NCBI GenBank assembly: GCA_943359345.1
Contig: CALRHE010000001.1
Span: 67,995 to 120,103 of the forward strand
Length of the DNA stretch: 52,109 nucleotides
Direction of reading: 5' to 3'
Origin: Candidatus Uhrbacteria bacterium
Lineage (GTDB): Bacteria; Patescibacteriota; Patescibacteriia; UBA9934
Part shown: piece by piece, positions 1 to 7,438 of the stretch
How the letters are laid out: each line of letters begins with the position of its first letter
Position numbering within the stretch: position 1 is the stretch's first letter
The notes under the pieces: model-generated
Seen by the model: the letters and a program-made list of their open reading frames with translations, nothing else
What the model was told of the DNA's origin: nothing
Database searches by the model: none
Program-made: the position numbers and the translations under genes

Positions 1-408
1 GACTTCGAACTCCTCGAAGACTTTGAGGGTGGTTTGAAATTGACGGGACCAGAAGTAAAATCTGTGCGGGCTGGCAATACCAGCTTAACCGGAGCTTTTC
101 TGACCTTCCAGAAGGGCGAGCTCTACCTGAAGAATGCTCATATTGGACATTATGCCCCGGCTGGCAAGGATCAACCCGAGAATACCCGGCTCGACCGTAA
201 GGTCCTGGTACACAAACGCGAGCTTAATCGCTTGCGTGCCAAACACGAGGCCGAACGATTGACAATTGTGCCAATTTCTCTGTATACTTCGCGCGGTTTC
301 GTGAAACTCGGCTTTGCCCTGGCAAGGGGTAAAAAGAAGCATGAGAAGCGCGAGACTCTCAAACAGCGTGACCTTGATCGTGAGATCAGAACACGTATGA
401 AAGAGTAA
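1..408 (+). CDS. smpB: SsrA-binding protein SmpB (5'-truncated by window)
   Basis: Frame is open from base 1 (DFELLEDFEGGLKLTGPEVKSVR...). It has the SmpB motifs LTIVPISLY and LARGKKKHEKRE, and tmRNA follows directly. Confidence 0.97.
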   Translation, partial: DFELLEDFEGGLKLTGPEVKSVRAGNTSLTGAFLTFQKGELYLKNAHIGHYAPAGKDQPENTRLDRKVLVHKRELNRLRAKHEAERLTIVPISLYTSRGFVKLGFALARGKKKHEKRETLKQRDLDREIRTRMKE

Positions 409-411
409 TTT

Positions 412-799
412 GGGCTCGCCGGGTTTCGACGTCAGCTCAAGCAATGTACGATCAAGCCGAAGTGGCACCGCACTCCGTTATCAAGTGGTGCAAATCAATA
501 CCCGCCAACGTATTTGAAAAGGCTAAGAATGCTTTCCGCACTCTCGCCTTCTCTCCGGTTCTCGCTTAATAGCGACTTAACCCGCTCCGTCTGTAATGTC
601 TCCTAGCAGACTCGAGTGTCATAATCAGGAAACTTGGTGTACGATCTCCGTCTTCGTACGCGACACTGGCGACGGAATCGCAAAGTGATATTTTTGTCAC
701 GCTTATAGTCATTTTGCGTAATCAAGCGTGAATGAGCTTGGAAGTTCTCGTCATTAGGCGACTGTGCGCACGGGAGTTCAACTCTCCCCGGGTCCACCA
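412..799 (+). ncRNA. ssrA: tmRNA (one-piece)
   Basis: 5' GGGCTCG...TTCGAC and 3' GGGAGTTCAACTCTCCCCGGGTCCACCA. The acceptor stem has the G3:U70 Ala identity pair and an encoded CCA. It lies 3 nt after the smpB stop. Confidence 0.95.
504..569 (+). other. tmRNA tag reading frame ANVFEKAKNAFRTLAFSPVLA*
   Basis: GCC resume codon after AATACCC, hydrophobic ...VLA C-terminus, tandem stops TAA TAG. Confidence 0.8.
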
Positions 800-809
800 A
801 CTCGCTTAC

Positions 810-917
810 CGGACTGACTCCCGTTCAGGCTCCCCTCGGGGACCTCGGGATCGCCTTCACTTTCGTCAGTCCGCCGCTCGCCTTAGCCTCCCCTTCACAT
901 TCATTCAGGGTCGGCTA
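810..917. repeat. Two imperfect palindromes (REP-like) downstream of tmRNA
   Basis: CGGACTGAC(810-818)/GTCAGTCCG(865-873) and TAGCC(884-888)...GGCTA(913-917), the latter enclosing CCCCTTCACATTCATTCAGGG. Confidence 0.55.
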
Positions 918-984
918 CTGGCTCGTAAAAAAGTTCAACGACTTTAAGCTTTCAATTGTAAACTAAAATTTTAACCCCATCGTC

Positions 985-1542
985 ATGCGCATACATAGAC
1001 ATCGCCGCTTTCAGAAACCAAAATTCTCAGCTCCCGAATACAACGCCAACGGGCGGATTATTGCGGCTGAGGTCCGTTTGATTGATGAAAATGGTGTAAC
1101 TCTAGGCGTTATGGCCAAAGAAGCTGCTGTGGCTCTGGCTGCTGAACGCGGCCTGGACATCATCGAGGTTTCACCAAAAGCTGTACCTCCCGTGTGTAAG
1201 CTTGGTGATTACGGCCAATTTAAATACCAGAAAGAAAAGGAAGCTCGTAAACAGCGCGCCCAATCAAAAGAAGTCGAAATTAAAGGTATCCGTCTAACGC
1301 CCCGCATTGGTATTGGTGACCTTGATATTCGCGTGGCTCAAGCTAAAAAATTCTTTGAACAAGGAGATAAGGTTAAAGCCGAAATGATTTTGCGCGGCCG
1401 CGAAAAAGCCCACGCCGATGTGGCTAATGCCGTTTTCCATCAATTCGTGGCTAAACTTCAGGAGCACTACCCGATTAAGATTGAACAACCTCTCAAGAAC
1501 CAAGAAGGCCGTATGAACATGATTCTAGCTCGGCAGACATAG
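985..1542 (+). CDS. infC: Translation initiation factor IF-3
   Basis: EVRLIDENG, PPVCKLGDYGQFKY and GDKVKAEMILRGRE motifs; infC-rpmI-rplT synteny. Confidence 0.97.
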   Translation: MRIHRHRRFQKPKFSAPEYNANGRIIAAEVRLIDENGVTLGVMAKEAAVALAAERGLDIIEVSPKAVPPVCKLGDYGQFKYQKEKEARKQRAQSKEVEIKGIRLTPRIGIGDLDIRVAQAKKFFEQGDKVKAEMILRGREKAHADVANAVFHQFVAKLQEHYPIKIEQPLKNQEGRMNMILARQT

Positions 1543-1623
1543 TAGACCGTAGACAGTTTTACAGTAAACAAATTTGTAAGGGTTTCTCACAACTATCTAC
1601 CGTCTACTATCTACTGTATACTG
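1539..1623. repeat. Heptamer-period inverted repeat (GTAGACM / ACTRTCT units)
   Basis: ATAGTAGACCGTAGACAGTT(1539-1558) matches AACTATCTACCGTCTACTAT(1591-1610) as an 18/20 IR; the 7-nt periodicity continues to 1623. Confidence 0.8.
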
Positions 1624-1629
1624 CACAAC

Positions 1630-1658
1630 TTGACCTTCCACTAAGATTAGGATACTCT
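1630..1658 (+). promoter_or_regulatory. Putative sigma70 promoter for rpmI-rplT
   Basis: TTGACC-17 nt-TACTCT. Confidence 0.6.
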
Positions 1659-1682
1659 TCCCCCGACTTTTCTCTAGTAAAT

Positions 1683-1883
1683 ATGGCCATGAAGACCCAC
1701 AAAGCTACTGCCAAGCGCGTGCGTATCACGCGTACCGGCAAAGTCCTGAAGCGCAAAGCTGGCCAGGATCACTTCAATTCCCGCGAATCGGGGAACGTTA
1801 CTCGCAACAAGCGCACAGATCTTCAGATGCCAAAAACTCTGCAAAAGACCATCAAGTCATTACTCCCCTACCATAAAGCCTAG
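1683..1883 (+). CDS. rpmI: 50S ribosomal protein L35
   Basis: MKTHKATAKRVRITRTGKVLKRKAGQDH. Confidence 0.96.
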   Translation: MAMKTHKATAKRVRITRTGKVLKRKAGQDHFNSRESGNVTRNKRTDLQMPKTLQKTIKSLLPYHKA

Positions 1884-1885
1884 GT

Positions 1886-2233
1886 ATGCCTCGAGTTAAA
1901 CGCGGAACACAACACGTCAAGCGCCGTAAGAGTCTTTTGAAGCGCGTTAAGGGCTTCAAGTGGGGTCGTAAGAGCAAAATTCGCTTGGCCCGACCGGCCA
2001 TGCTTAAAGCTGGTCAGTATGCTTTTCGTGATCGCCGCGCCAAAAAGCGCACCTTCCGCAACCTCTGGACCCTTAAAATCAACGCTGCTGTCCGGACTTA
2101 CGGCTTGACCTATTCCAGGTTCATTAACATGCTCAAACAGGCCAATATCGTTCTAGACCGCAAAATCTTGGCCCAAATCGCTGAAAAGCAACCAGCAATC
2201 TTTGGAAAAATCGTGGCCGCGCTCAAAGCCTAA
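1886..2233 (+). CDS. rplT: 50S ribosomal protein L20
   Basis: MPRVKRG...YAFRDRRAKKRTFRNLW...LDRKILAQIA. Confidence 0.98.
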   Translation: MPRVKRGTQHVKRRKSLLKRVKGFKWGRKSKIRLARPAMLKAGQYAFRDRRAKKRTFRNLWTLKINAAVRTYGLTYSRFINMLKQANIVLDRKILAQIAEKQPAIFGKIVAALKA

Positions 2234-2242
2234 ACTCTTTAC

Positions 2243-2271
2243 CAAAAAACCGCTAAAAAGGCGGTTTTTTG
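2243..2271 (+). terminator. Rho-independent terminator after rplT
   Basis: CAAAAAACCGC-TAAAAAG-GCGGTTTTTTG. Confidence 0.85.
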
Positions 2272-2288
2272 TTTTATTGACTTTTAGG

Positions 2289-2317
2289 TTGACATTTTCA
2301 GCTATTTTTGCTATTCT
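2289..2317 (+). promoter_or_regulatory. Strong putative sigma70 promoter for the high-GC islet
   Basis: TTGACA-17 nt-TATTCT with an extended -10 TGn. Confidence 0.75.
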
Positions 2318-2417
2318 GCTTGGTCGTTAGCAGTGGTAATAGTTACCACTCGCCGGCGAGCAATTGACCTGTCGGCTGGTACAACCCTCACCGACTCAAC
2401 GAGAAACAGGAGGAAAG

Positions 2418-2993
2418 ATGACCCGCAGTATTTTTGCCGCCGCCGCGGCCGTGACTTTCATCGCGAGTGCGGTGGTCATCGGCTGGTTCATGCCCAGCCA
2501 GATGGCCGGTTGTTCGCCCCCGGCGGAGGCGCCCACGGCCAATGTCCTGGGCGACGGTAACCAGACGTGGTTGGCCTGCCCGCCCAAGAATTACCACACC
2601 GGAGACGAGGCCTACTCCTTCTCCACGCTGCCGACCCCAGGGTCGGTGGTGGGCACCGAGAAGTTCATGGTCTGGGGACTGCACTCGAAGGCAGAGTGCG
2701 TCACCCTGGGAAACAACCTCGAGCGTACCGACGCCTTCGTGCGCGACGGCCGCTGCTGGATCGAACAGGAGACGGACAACACGTTGTGTCAGATCGCGCA
2801 GAATGATCTGCGCATCGTACACACCTGTGTCGACGGTGCCGGGCAGCCGGTACCGCGCGACGCCGTCACCAACCGCCTGAACACCAAGCGCCAGGCCGTG
2901 CCTGGCCACCCCGGAGTAGACAGTCGCTGCGTGGTCGGCATCACCGACCACGGCTGCGAGCCGAAGCCGGTTGCCGTCGCCAACAACCCCTGA
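2418..2993 (+). CDS. Secreted or lipoprotein-like Cys-rich hypothetical protein (191 aa)
   Basis: AGGAGG SD 4 nt before ATG 2418. Hydrophobic N-terminus ending in MAGC, 8 Cys, GC-rich codon usage. Confidence 0.75.
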   Translation: MTRSIFAAAAAVTFIASAVVIGWFMPSQMAGCSPPAEAPTANVLGDGNQTWLACPPKNYHTGDEAYSFSTLPTPGSVVGTEKFMVWGLHSKAECVTLGNNLERTDAFVRDGRCWIEQETDNTLCQIAQNDLRIVHTCVDGAGQPVPRDAVTNRLNTKRQAVPGHPGVDSRCVVGITDHGCEPKPVAVANNP

Positions 2994-2998
2994 CCCGT

Positions 2999-3052
2999 CG
3001 AGGCCAAGGTGACCGATCTTCCCCTAGTGGAAGTGACGTCGCCCTGGCCTCG
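2999..3052. repeat. Structured hairpin element, copy A
   Basis: CGAGGCCAAGGTGAC...GTCGCCCTGGCCTCG outer stem with inner CTTCC/GGAAG; similar to 3504-3562. Confidence 0.8.
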
Positions 3053-3071
3053 CCTCATTTCTGGAGAACAC

Positions 3072-3461
3072 GTGAGAACCACACTCGTCATCGAAAGTCA
3101 CGACCTGGCGCGCGAGACCTTCGTGCGCATCATCGGCAAGCTCGATGAGCATGAACTTTCCGCTGGAGCCGCGACCATCGAGGAAGCTGAAAGCTTGCTC
3201 GTAACTCGCCGAGACATCGGTCTGGTGCTGAGCGAAGTCCGTTTCCCTGACGGCCGCAGCCACGACCTTCACGCCCGTCTGGCACACCGGCTCTCGCTGG
3301 ATAGAGTCCACTGGGTGGCCATGTCAACGGACTGGGAGGATGAGCTCGTCCAACCGGCCCGAGCCTACTACCAGGCTGCCGGCGTGCCGATGGTCGAAAA
3401 GAAAGACCTGAAGCCCCTAGCCCTGCTCGCCCTCGTGCGAGAGCACATGCCACGGGTGTAA
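3072..3461 (+). CDS. Single-domain atypical response-regulator receiver (CheY-like) protein
   Basis: GGAG SD before GTG 3072. TLVIESH..., ATIEEA, IGLVLSEVRFPDG, VAMST and VEKK match the receiver fold, but the phosphoacceptor position is E. Confidence 0.7.
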   Translation: MRTTLVIESHDLARETFVRIIGKLDEHELSAGAATIEEAESLLVTRRDIGLVLSEVRFPDGRSHDLHARLAHRLSLDRVHWVAMSTDWEDELVQPARAYYQAAGVPMVEKKDLKPLALLALVREHMPRV

Positions 3462-3503
3462 GGCACCAGACCTGGACCGCCGCGTCACACACCTTGCACC
3501 CCT

Positions 3504-3562
3504 CGAGGCCAGAGCAACCGAGCCACCTCTCAGGTGGAACCACTCGCGTCGCTCTGGCCTCG
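3504..3562. repeat. Structured hairpin element, copy B
   Basis: CGAGGCCAGAGC/GCTCTGGCCTCG perfect 12-bp outer stem, inner CGAG/CTCG and CCACCT/AGGTGG. Confidence 0.8.
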
Positions 3563-3600
3563 TTCTATTTATCAGGCCTTTTATTTACTCACGGCGAGTC

Positions 3601-3629
3601 TTGCCAGTTTTTAAAATACTTGCTACTCT
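3601..3629 (+). promoter_or_regulatory. Putative sigma70 promoter upstream of structured element and tRNA-Asp
   Basis: TTGCCA-17 nt-TACTCT with TGn extension. Confidence 0.65.
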
Positions 3630-3669
3630 AGGCCCGCTCAGAGAGTGACATTAAATCACAATCCCCTTC

Positions 3670-3794
3670 CTGGATTAGATTTATTTGAGACTGGTTCTAG
3701 GCGCGGGACAGGCGAAACCGAACGTATGTAACCATACGGTGAGGTTGAAACAGGGACCCGCAACAACGAAACAGGCCAAATAAATTCAATCCAG
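3670..3794 (+). other. Long imperfect hairpin (candidate ncRNA or MITE-like element) in the tRNA-Asp leader
   Basis: Nested pairings CTGGATT/AATCCAG, TTTATTTG/CAAATAAA, GCGGG/CCCGC and CGTATG-TAAC-CATACG. Confidence 0.6.
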
Positions 3795-3800
3795 CTGTAA

Positions 3801-3877
3801 GGGGCGGTAGCTCAACTGGTTAGAGCGCTGCCCTGTCACGGCAGAGGTTGCGAGTTCGAGCCTCGTCCGCCCCGCCA
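3801..3877 (+). tRNA. tRNA-Asp(GTC)
   Basis: Cloverleaf GGGGCGG...CTGCC-CTGTCAC-GGCAG...GTTCGAG...CCGCCCCGCCA. Confidence 0.98.
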
Positions 3878-3908
3878 CATAAAAGCGACCCACGTGGTCG
3901 CTTTTATG
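3878..3908 (+). terminator. Terminator hairpin after tRNA-Asp
   Basis: CATAAAAGCGACC-CACGT-GGTCGCTTTTATG perfect 13-bp stem. Confidence 0.8.
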
Positions 3909-3923
3909 CTACTATAAAGCCAT

Positions 3924-4268
3924 ATGGAAAAATCTTTTCGCCTTTTTCTAATAATGTTTTTTGTAGGAATAATTCTTGCCACGGCAATGAATATGACAAC
4001 AGTGCGAGGTGAGGCGGTTGGCCCCGATGGATCATTACTCATTAAAGGTTTTCCTTTTGAAGCAGGAACTCGATTTTATGATTCCACTAACAGGAGTAAT
4101 CCCTTTTTTGTCGTAAGCTCCTACGGAGCCCTTGCGGGCAATACGATTGTTAGCTTTCTTCTCGTATTTGGAGCCGTTGGTAATTTTTACTTCTTCCGCG
4201 AAATCCGCAAAAAGTTGGACCCACATGCCTCAAAATCGCCCAAATGGAAGTCATCAAAAAGCCCTTGA
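3924..4268 (+). CDS. Hypothetical membrane protein (2 predicted TM segments)
   Basis: 114-aa ATG ORF with two hydrophobic stretches; AT-richer than the flanking genes. Confidence 0.65.
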   Translation: MEKSFRLFLIMFFVGIILATAMNMTTVRGEAVGPDGSLLIKGFPFEAGTRFYDSTNRSNPFFVVSSYGALAGNTIVSFLLVFGAVGNFYFFREIRKKLDPHASKSPKWKSSKSP

Positions 4269-5520
4269 AACACCCCTACAAATTTGGCACTGAACCCATG
4301 CGTCCCGCCACGATTCTATGAGAAGAGGACTTTCAGCAAAACTGGAAGTTTTCTTGTTATAATTTACAAATGCATTGGTTCCCACCGGCTGAAGATCAAG
4401 AATTTGGGTAGCGAGGATGTCGAAGGGCTTTTTGTAATGCCATTCAAGGTTTCCATCAAATAGCCGCAGGTTCCAACCGATGCTCCGGAGAATCTGCTTC
4501 TTCTCGGAGATATCCACATCTGGATCAGCGAATCGAGTAAAAGCATGGTGAGCTTTATCAAAGAACGTCTCAGCGTCTAGCAACCAATGACGGGTCGAGC
4601 TTCCTCCGTCTTTGATTTTCTGTTCGATATGGGCCTTCTCGTTTAAGAGTTCATTCTTTTTGGCAATATAGTCTTCCTTGGTAACAGTTTCGCTCAGGTG
4701 TGCATCCAATAGGTTAGCTAACTTTTTATCAAGCAAGCTTAAATCCCGACCCCACTGTTCAACATGGCTTCCCTGCTTTTCAAGTTGAGAAGCGAAGTGC
4801 AGTTTGATAAGTTTCTTACACAGTTCCCAAACTCGCTCATCGATATACACGGCTTGAAGCTTCTCGTGAACCTGAATGTCTATCTCTGCTGGCTTAAGGG
4901 GCTTTTGACCGCACGTTCCACGGCGCTTACTACATGTGTAATATTCATATTCTTTTCCGCTCAGCTTCTTCTTTCTCACCCCAACAATTGAACAACCGCA
5001 TTCAGCACATTGAATAAGCCCTCGATAAACAAAGTCATGTTTTACCAACATTGGATGCGATTTGCCAGACAGGTAACTTTGTATGTCAGAAAATTCCCGT
5101 GACGTAATGATAGGGTCATGAACTCCAGAAAAAAGTTCATGCTCATAACGCATCTGTCCGCTGTAGAAAGGATTTTTCAGTATCCGTTCGATCATGCTAA
5201 TTGAGTATTTTCCCTTAAAACGCGGGCTTTTTATACCTAAATGATTCATGTACTGTGCACTCTGTTTCAGCGTCCTAGGCTCAACCAAATACCAATCAAA
5301 GAAAGAACGTATAAGCGGCGCAATAAGGGGATCCTTTTCCACGCGTCTGAGCGATCTCCCCAAAGTTATCAACGATGTTTGCTTTTCATGATCATAAAAC
5401 TTGCCCGCAATTTTACCGTCGGCATCAATATTCAAGTAGCCTATCGGCGTCATTCCCACCCACTCGCCTTTAAGAAGTTTTGAGCGTACATCGCGTCGCA
5501 CAAAGCCGGAGGTATCAAGC
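4254..5520 (-). pseudogene. Large serine recombinase remnant (recombinase + Zn-ribbon + coiled coil; catalytic N-terminal domain missing)
   Basis: GEWVGMTPIGY, ILKNPFYSG, GVHDPII, YRGLIQCAECGC...YYTCSKRRGTC. In-frame TAA just upstream (NE*SLDTSGFVRRD), and no YxRxS resolvase domain seen upstream. Confidence 0.85.
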
Positions 5521-5726
5521 GATTATTCATTTTGACAACTCCTCAACAGCCACGGACTTTGTTGAAAAGTACGGAGAGGATATTTCGAATGTCTTGTACA
5601 TCAACGATGATGCAATGGCGGTCATCCAGGCAGCAGGAATATCCCTGTCGCCCAATGGCTCTGTTAATGAGGTTCCCCGTACAGCAGGTTTCAACGGAAC
5701 AACCAAAACGGTTCTGAGAGGGACCA

Positions 5727-5757
5727 CAAAACGCGTTCCAAATAGGAGCGCGTTTTG
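5727..5757. terminator. Hairpin / possible terminator at the edge of the recombinase remnant
   Basis: CAAAACGCGTTCC-AAATA-GGAGCGCGTTTTG. Confidence 0.55.
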
Positions 5758-5820
5758 CTATACTTAAGACGGTATGTTGACGGCGTATATCCTTAAAAGC
5801 TTACTCACCAAACATAGTGT

Positions 5821-6312
5821 ATGAAAAATCCTTGGTCATGGTTAGGACTTATTTTAGGCTCAGGGGTGATAATTTTTTTGCTCTGGATATTGTTGCCCTT
5901 TGTAGTTAACCGTACCAGTCATGACGTATCGCCGCTTGTGCCAACTTCAACTGGCAACATTCCAGTCCTGCCAGACCCGAGTTTAATGCCGCCAGAGTTA
6001 ATAAAAACTGGATTATTCAAAACGCGGGCCCACGACACCAGCGGTTTAGCGCAGTTGATTGAAACTAACTCGGGTGCGCTGCTCAGACTGGAAGATCTGA
6101 ATACGCTGAATGGCCCTGATCTGCGCGTTTACTTGGCAACAGACGAAACCGCCAGCGAGAGTCTTGATCTAGGTCCACTGAAAGCGAATCGTGGAGATAT
6201 GAACTACGTTATTCCGGACGACACAGATCTAAATAAGTATCCTTACGTACTCATCTGGTGCCGGGCCTTCAGCGTCCTCTTTGGAAGCGCTGAGCTTGAA
6301 GCCCAGAATTAG
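5821..6312 (+). CDS. Membrane-anchored DM13 domain protein
   Basis: N-terminal TM; AHDTSG, NGPDLRVYLA, LGPLKANRGDMNY and VLIWCRAFSVLFGSAEL are typical DM13 motifs. Confidence 0.9.
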   Translation: MKNPWSWLGLILGSGVIIFLLWILLPFVVNRTSHDVSPLVPTSTGNIPVLPDPSLMPPELIKTGLFKTRAHDTSGLAQLIETNSGALLRLEDLNTLNGPDLRVYLATDETASESLDLGPLKANRGDMNYVIPDDTDLNKYPYVLIWCRAFSVLFGSAELEAQN

Positions 6313-6400
6313 CAACTATCCCCAGCCTCAGGCACAAAGCGTGGAACCCCACTAGGGTGGTGCTATGCTGTAGTCACCTAAATTATTAATCATCACTTTT

Positions 6401-6625
6401 ATGATGATGTCACCAGGTCTGTGCGGCGGTCACAAATTAGCATGGGTACTCGTATTTATTGGTGCGATTAACTGGGGCTTGATTGGTTTCTTTGAGTATA
6501 ATTTGGTCAATGCCATTTTGAGCAGCGCACCTACCATTGAGCGCGTAGTTTACGCCCTCGTAGGTTTGTCAGCGATCTTCTCGCTCTTCTGCGCCAAGTG
6601 CTCGATGTGTAAGACATCAAAATAA
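6401..6625 (+). CDS. DUF378 (YuzA-like) small membrane protein
   Basis: LVFIGAINWGLIGFFEYNLV...RVVYALVGLSAI. Confidence 0.9.
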   Translation: MMMSPGLCGGHKLAWVLVFIGAINWGLIGFFEYNLVNAILSSAPTIERVVYALVGLSAIFSLFCAKCSMCKTSK

Positions 6626-6641
6626 TCAGTTCCAACGACAC

Positions 6642-6663
6642 AACCGACCCGGTTGGGTCGGTT
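6642..6663. terminator. Hairpin terminator between convergent genes
   Basis: AACCGACCC-GGTT-GGGTCGGTT followed by T's. Confidence 0.75.
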
Positions 6664-6666
6664 TTG

Positions 6667-7437
6667 TTATTTAGGCTGAATTACGATGACGTTGGGTACG
6701 GGCCCGGCGCTGTCCAAGATTTCTACAAAACTACCTGTCTCAACTGCTATACCAGTTGACGGACCACCATCAAGATTTATAACGTCGTACCAATTGACAT
6801 CGATCTCCTGCAAGATCTGCATCAGCTCAAACAAACTGACATCATCTTTCCAAACTACACCAACATATACCTGACCAGCTTCATCAGTACCAATAAACGT
6901 TCGTCGCGCCAACAAGCCACTATCTTCTTGAATAGACTCCCTACCCTGCTTAAGTAAAAATGGGTAGCTCTGTCCGGCCTCGGTCACGCCAGTTTTAGAA
7001 AAATGCTCAAGCCCGGTGTCCAGAATATCAAACTCAGGCGCTAAACGAATCACACCAGATTTATCAAGATCAAACTCTTGGGCATGTAAGGCCTGACCCT
7101 GGGTAATCAATAACCCAGCCGAGGTTTGATCTTCAAGAAAATAGAAACCATTAATCACTACCCGTTCGCCAACCAGCTGGCTAGACCAGGTGGCGACTCT
7201 GTGCGGCTCAGCCTGGGCTGCGATTGAAAAATCGAAAGCCTCGGGATCCAGAGCATACACCAAGACGTTGATGTCATCGCTTGAAACAAACTCCAGGCGC
7301 TGCAGATTTTTTCCCACTACCCCCCAACGAGCTACGTACCATGGACTATAGGGTGAACGAACAGCCAGACTCCAACCCGCAAAGCCTAGGCCCAGGAGCA
7401 CCACCGTAAACGCCAACAGCCTGGCAGACAAACGCAT
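6667..7437 (-). CDS. Phosphodiester glycosidase (NAGPA/DUF2233) family protein
   Basis: VINGFYF, ARRTFIG and INLDGGPST motifs; N-terminal TM; ATG 7437 lies just after the pyk stop. Confidence 0.85.
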   Translation of the reverse strand: MRLSARLLAFTVVLLGLGFAGWSLAVRSPYSPWYVARWGVVGKNLQRLEFVSSDDINVLVYALDPEAFDFSIAAQAEPHRVATWSSQLVGERVVINGFYFLEDQTSAGLLITQGQALHAQEFDLDKSGVIRLAPEFDILDTGLEHFSKTGVTEAGQSYPFLLKQGRESIQEDSGLLARRTFIGTDEAGQVYVGVVWKDDVSLFELMQILQEIDVNWYDVINLDGGPSTGIAVETGSFVEILDSAGPVPNVIVIQPK

Positions 7438-7438
7438 A

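Noticed and set aside
603-947. ORFs 603-800 (-) and 732-947 (+)
   Set aside because: They overlap tmRNA and its palindromic trailer.
2333-3543. Alternative overlapping ORFs in the high-GC islet (2388-2951 -, 2467-2880 +, 3130-3543 - and others)
   Set aside because: Typical shadow ORFs of GC-rich coding DNA; only the 2418 and 3072 starts have SD motifs and protein-like sequence.
2999-3562. Canonical integron attC sites
   Set aside because: No RYYYAAC...GTTRRRY ends and no intI tyrosine recombinase; kept only as a non-canonical cassette hypothesis.
5768-5820. Riboswitch upstream of the DM13 gene
   Set aside because: Only a weak hairpin; no recognisable aptamer consensus.
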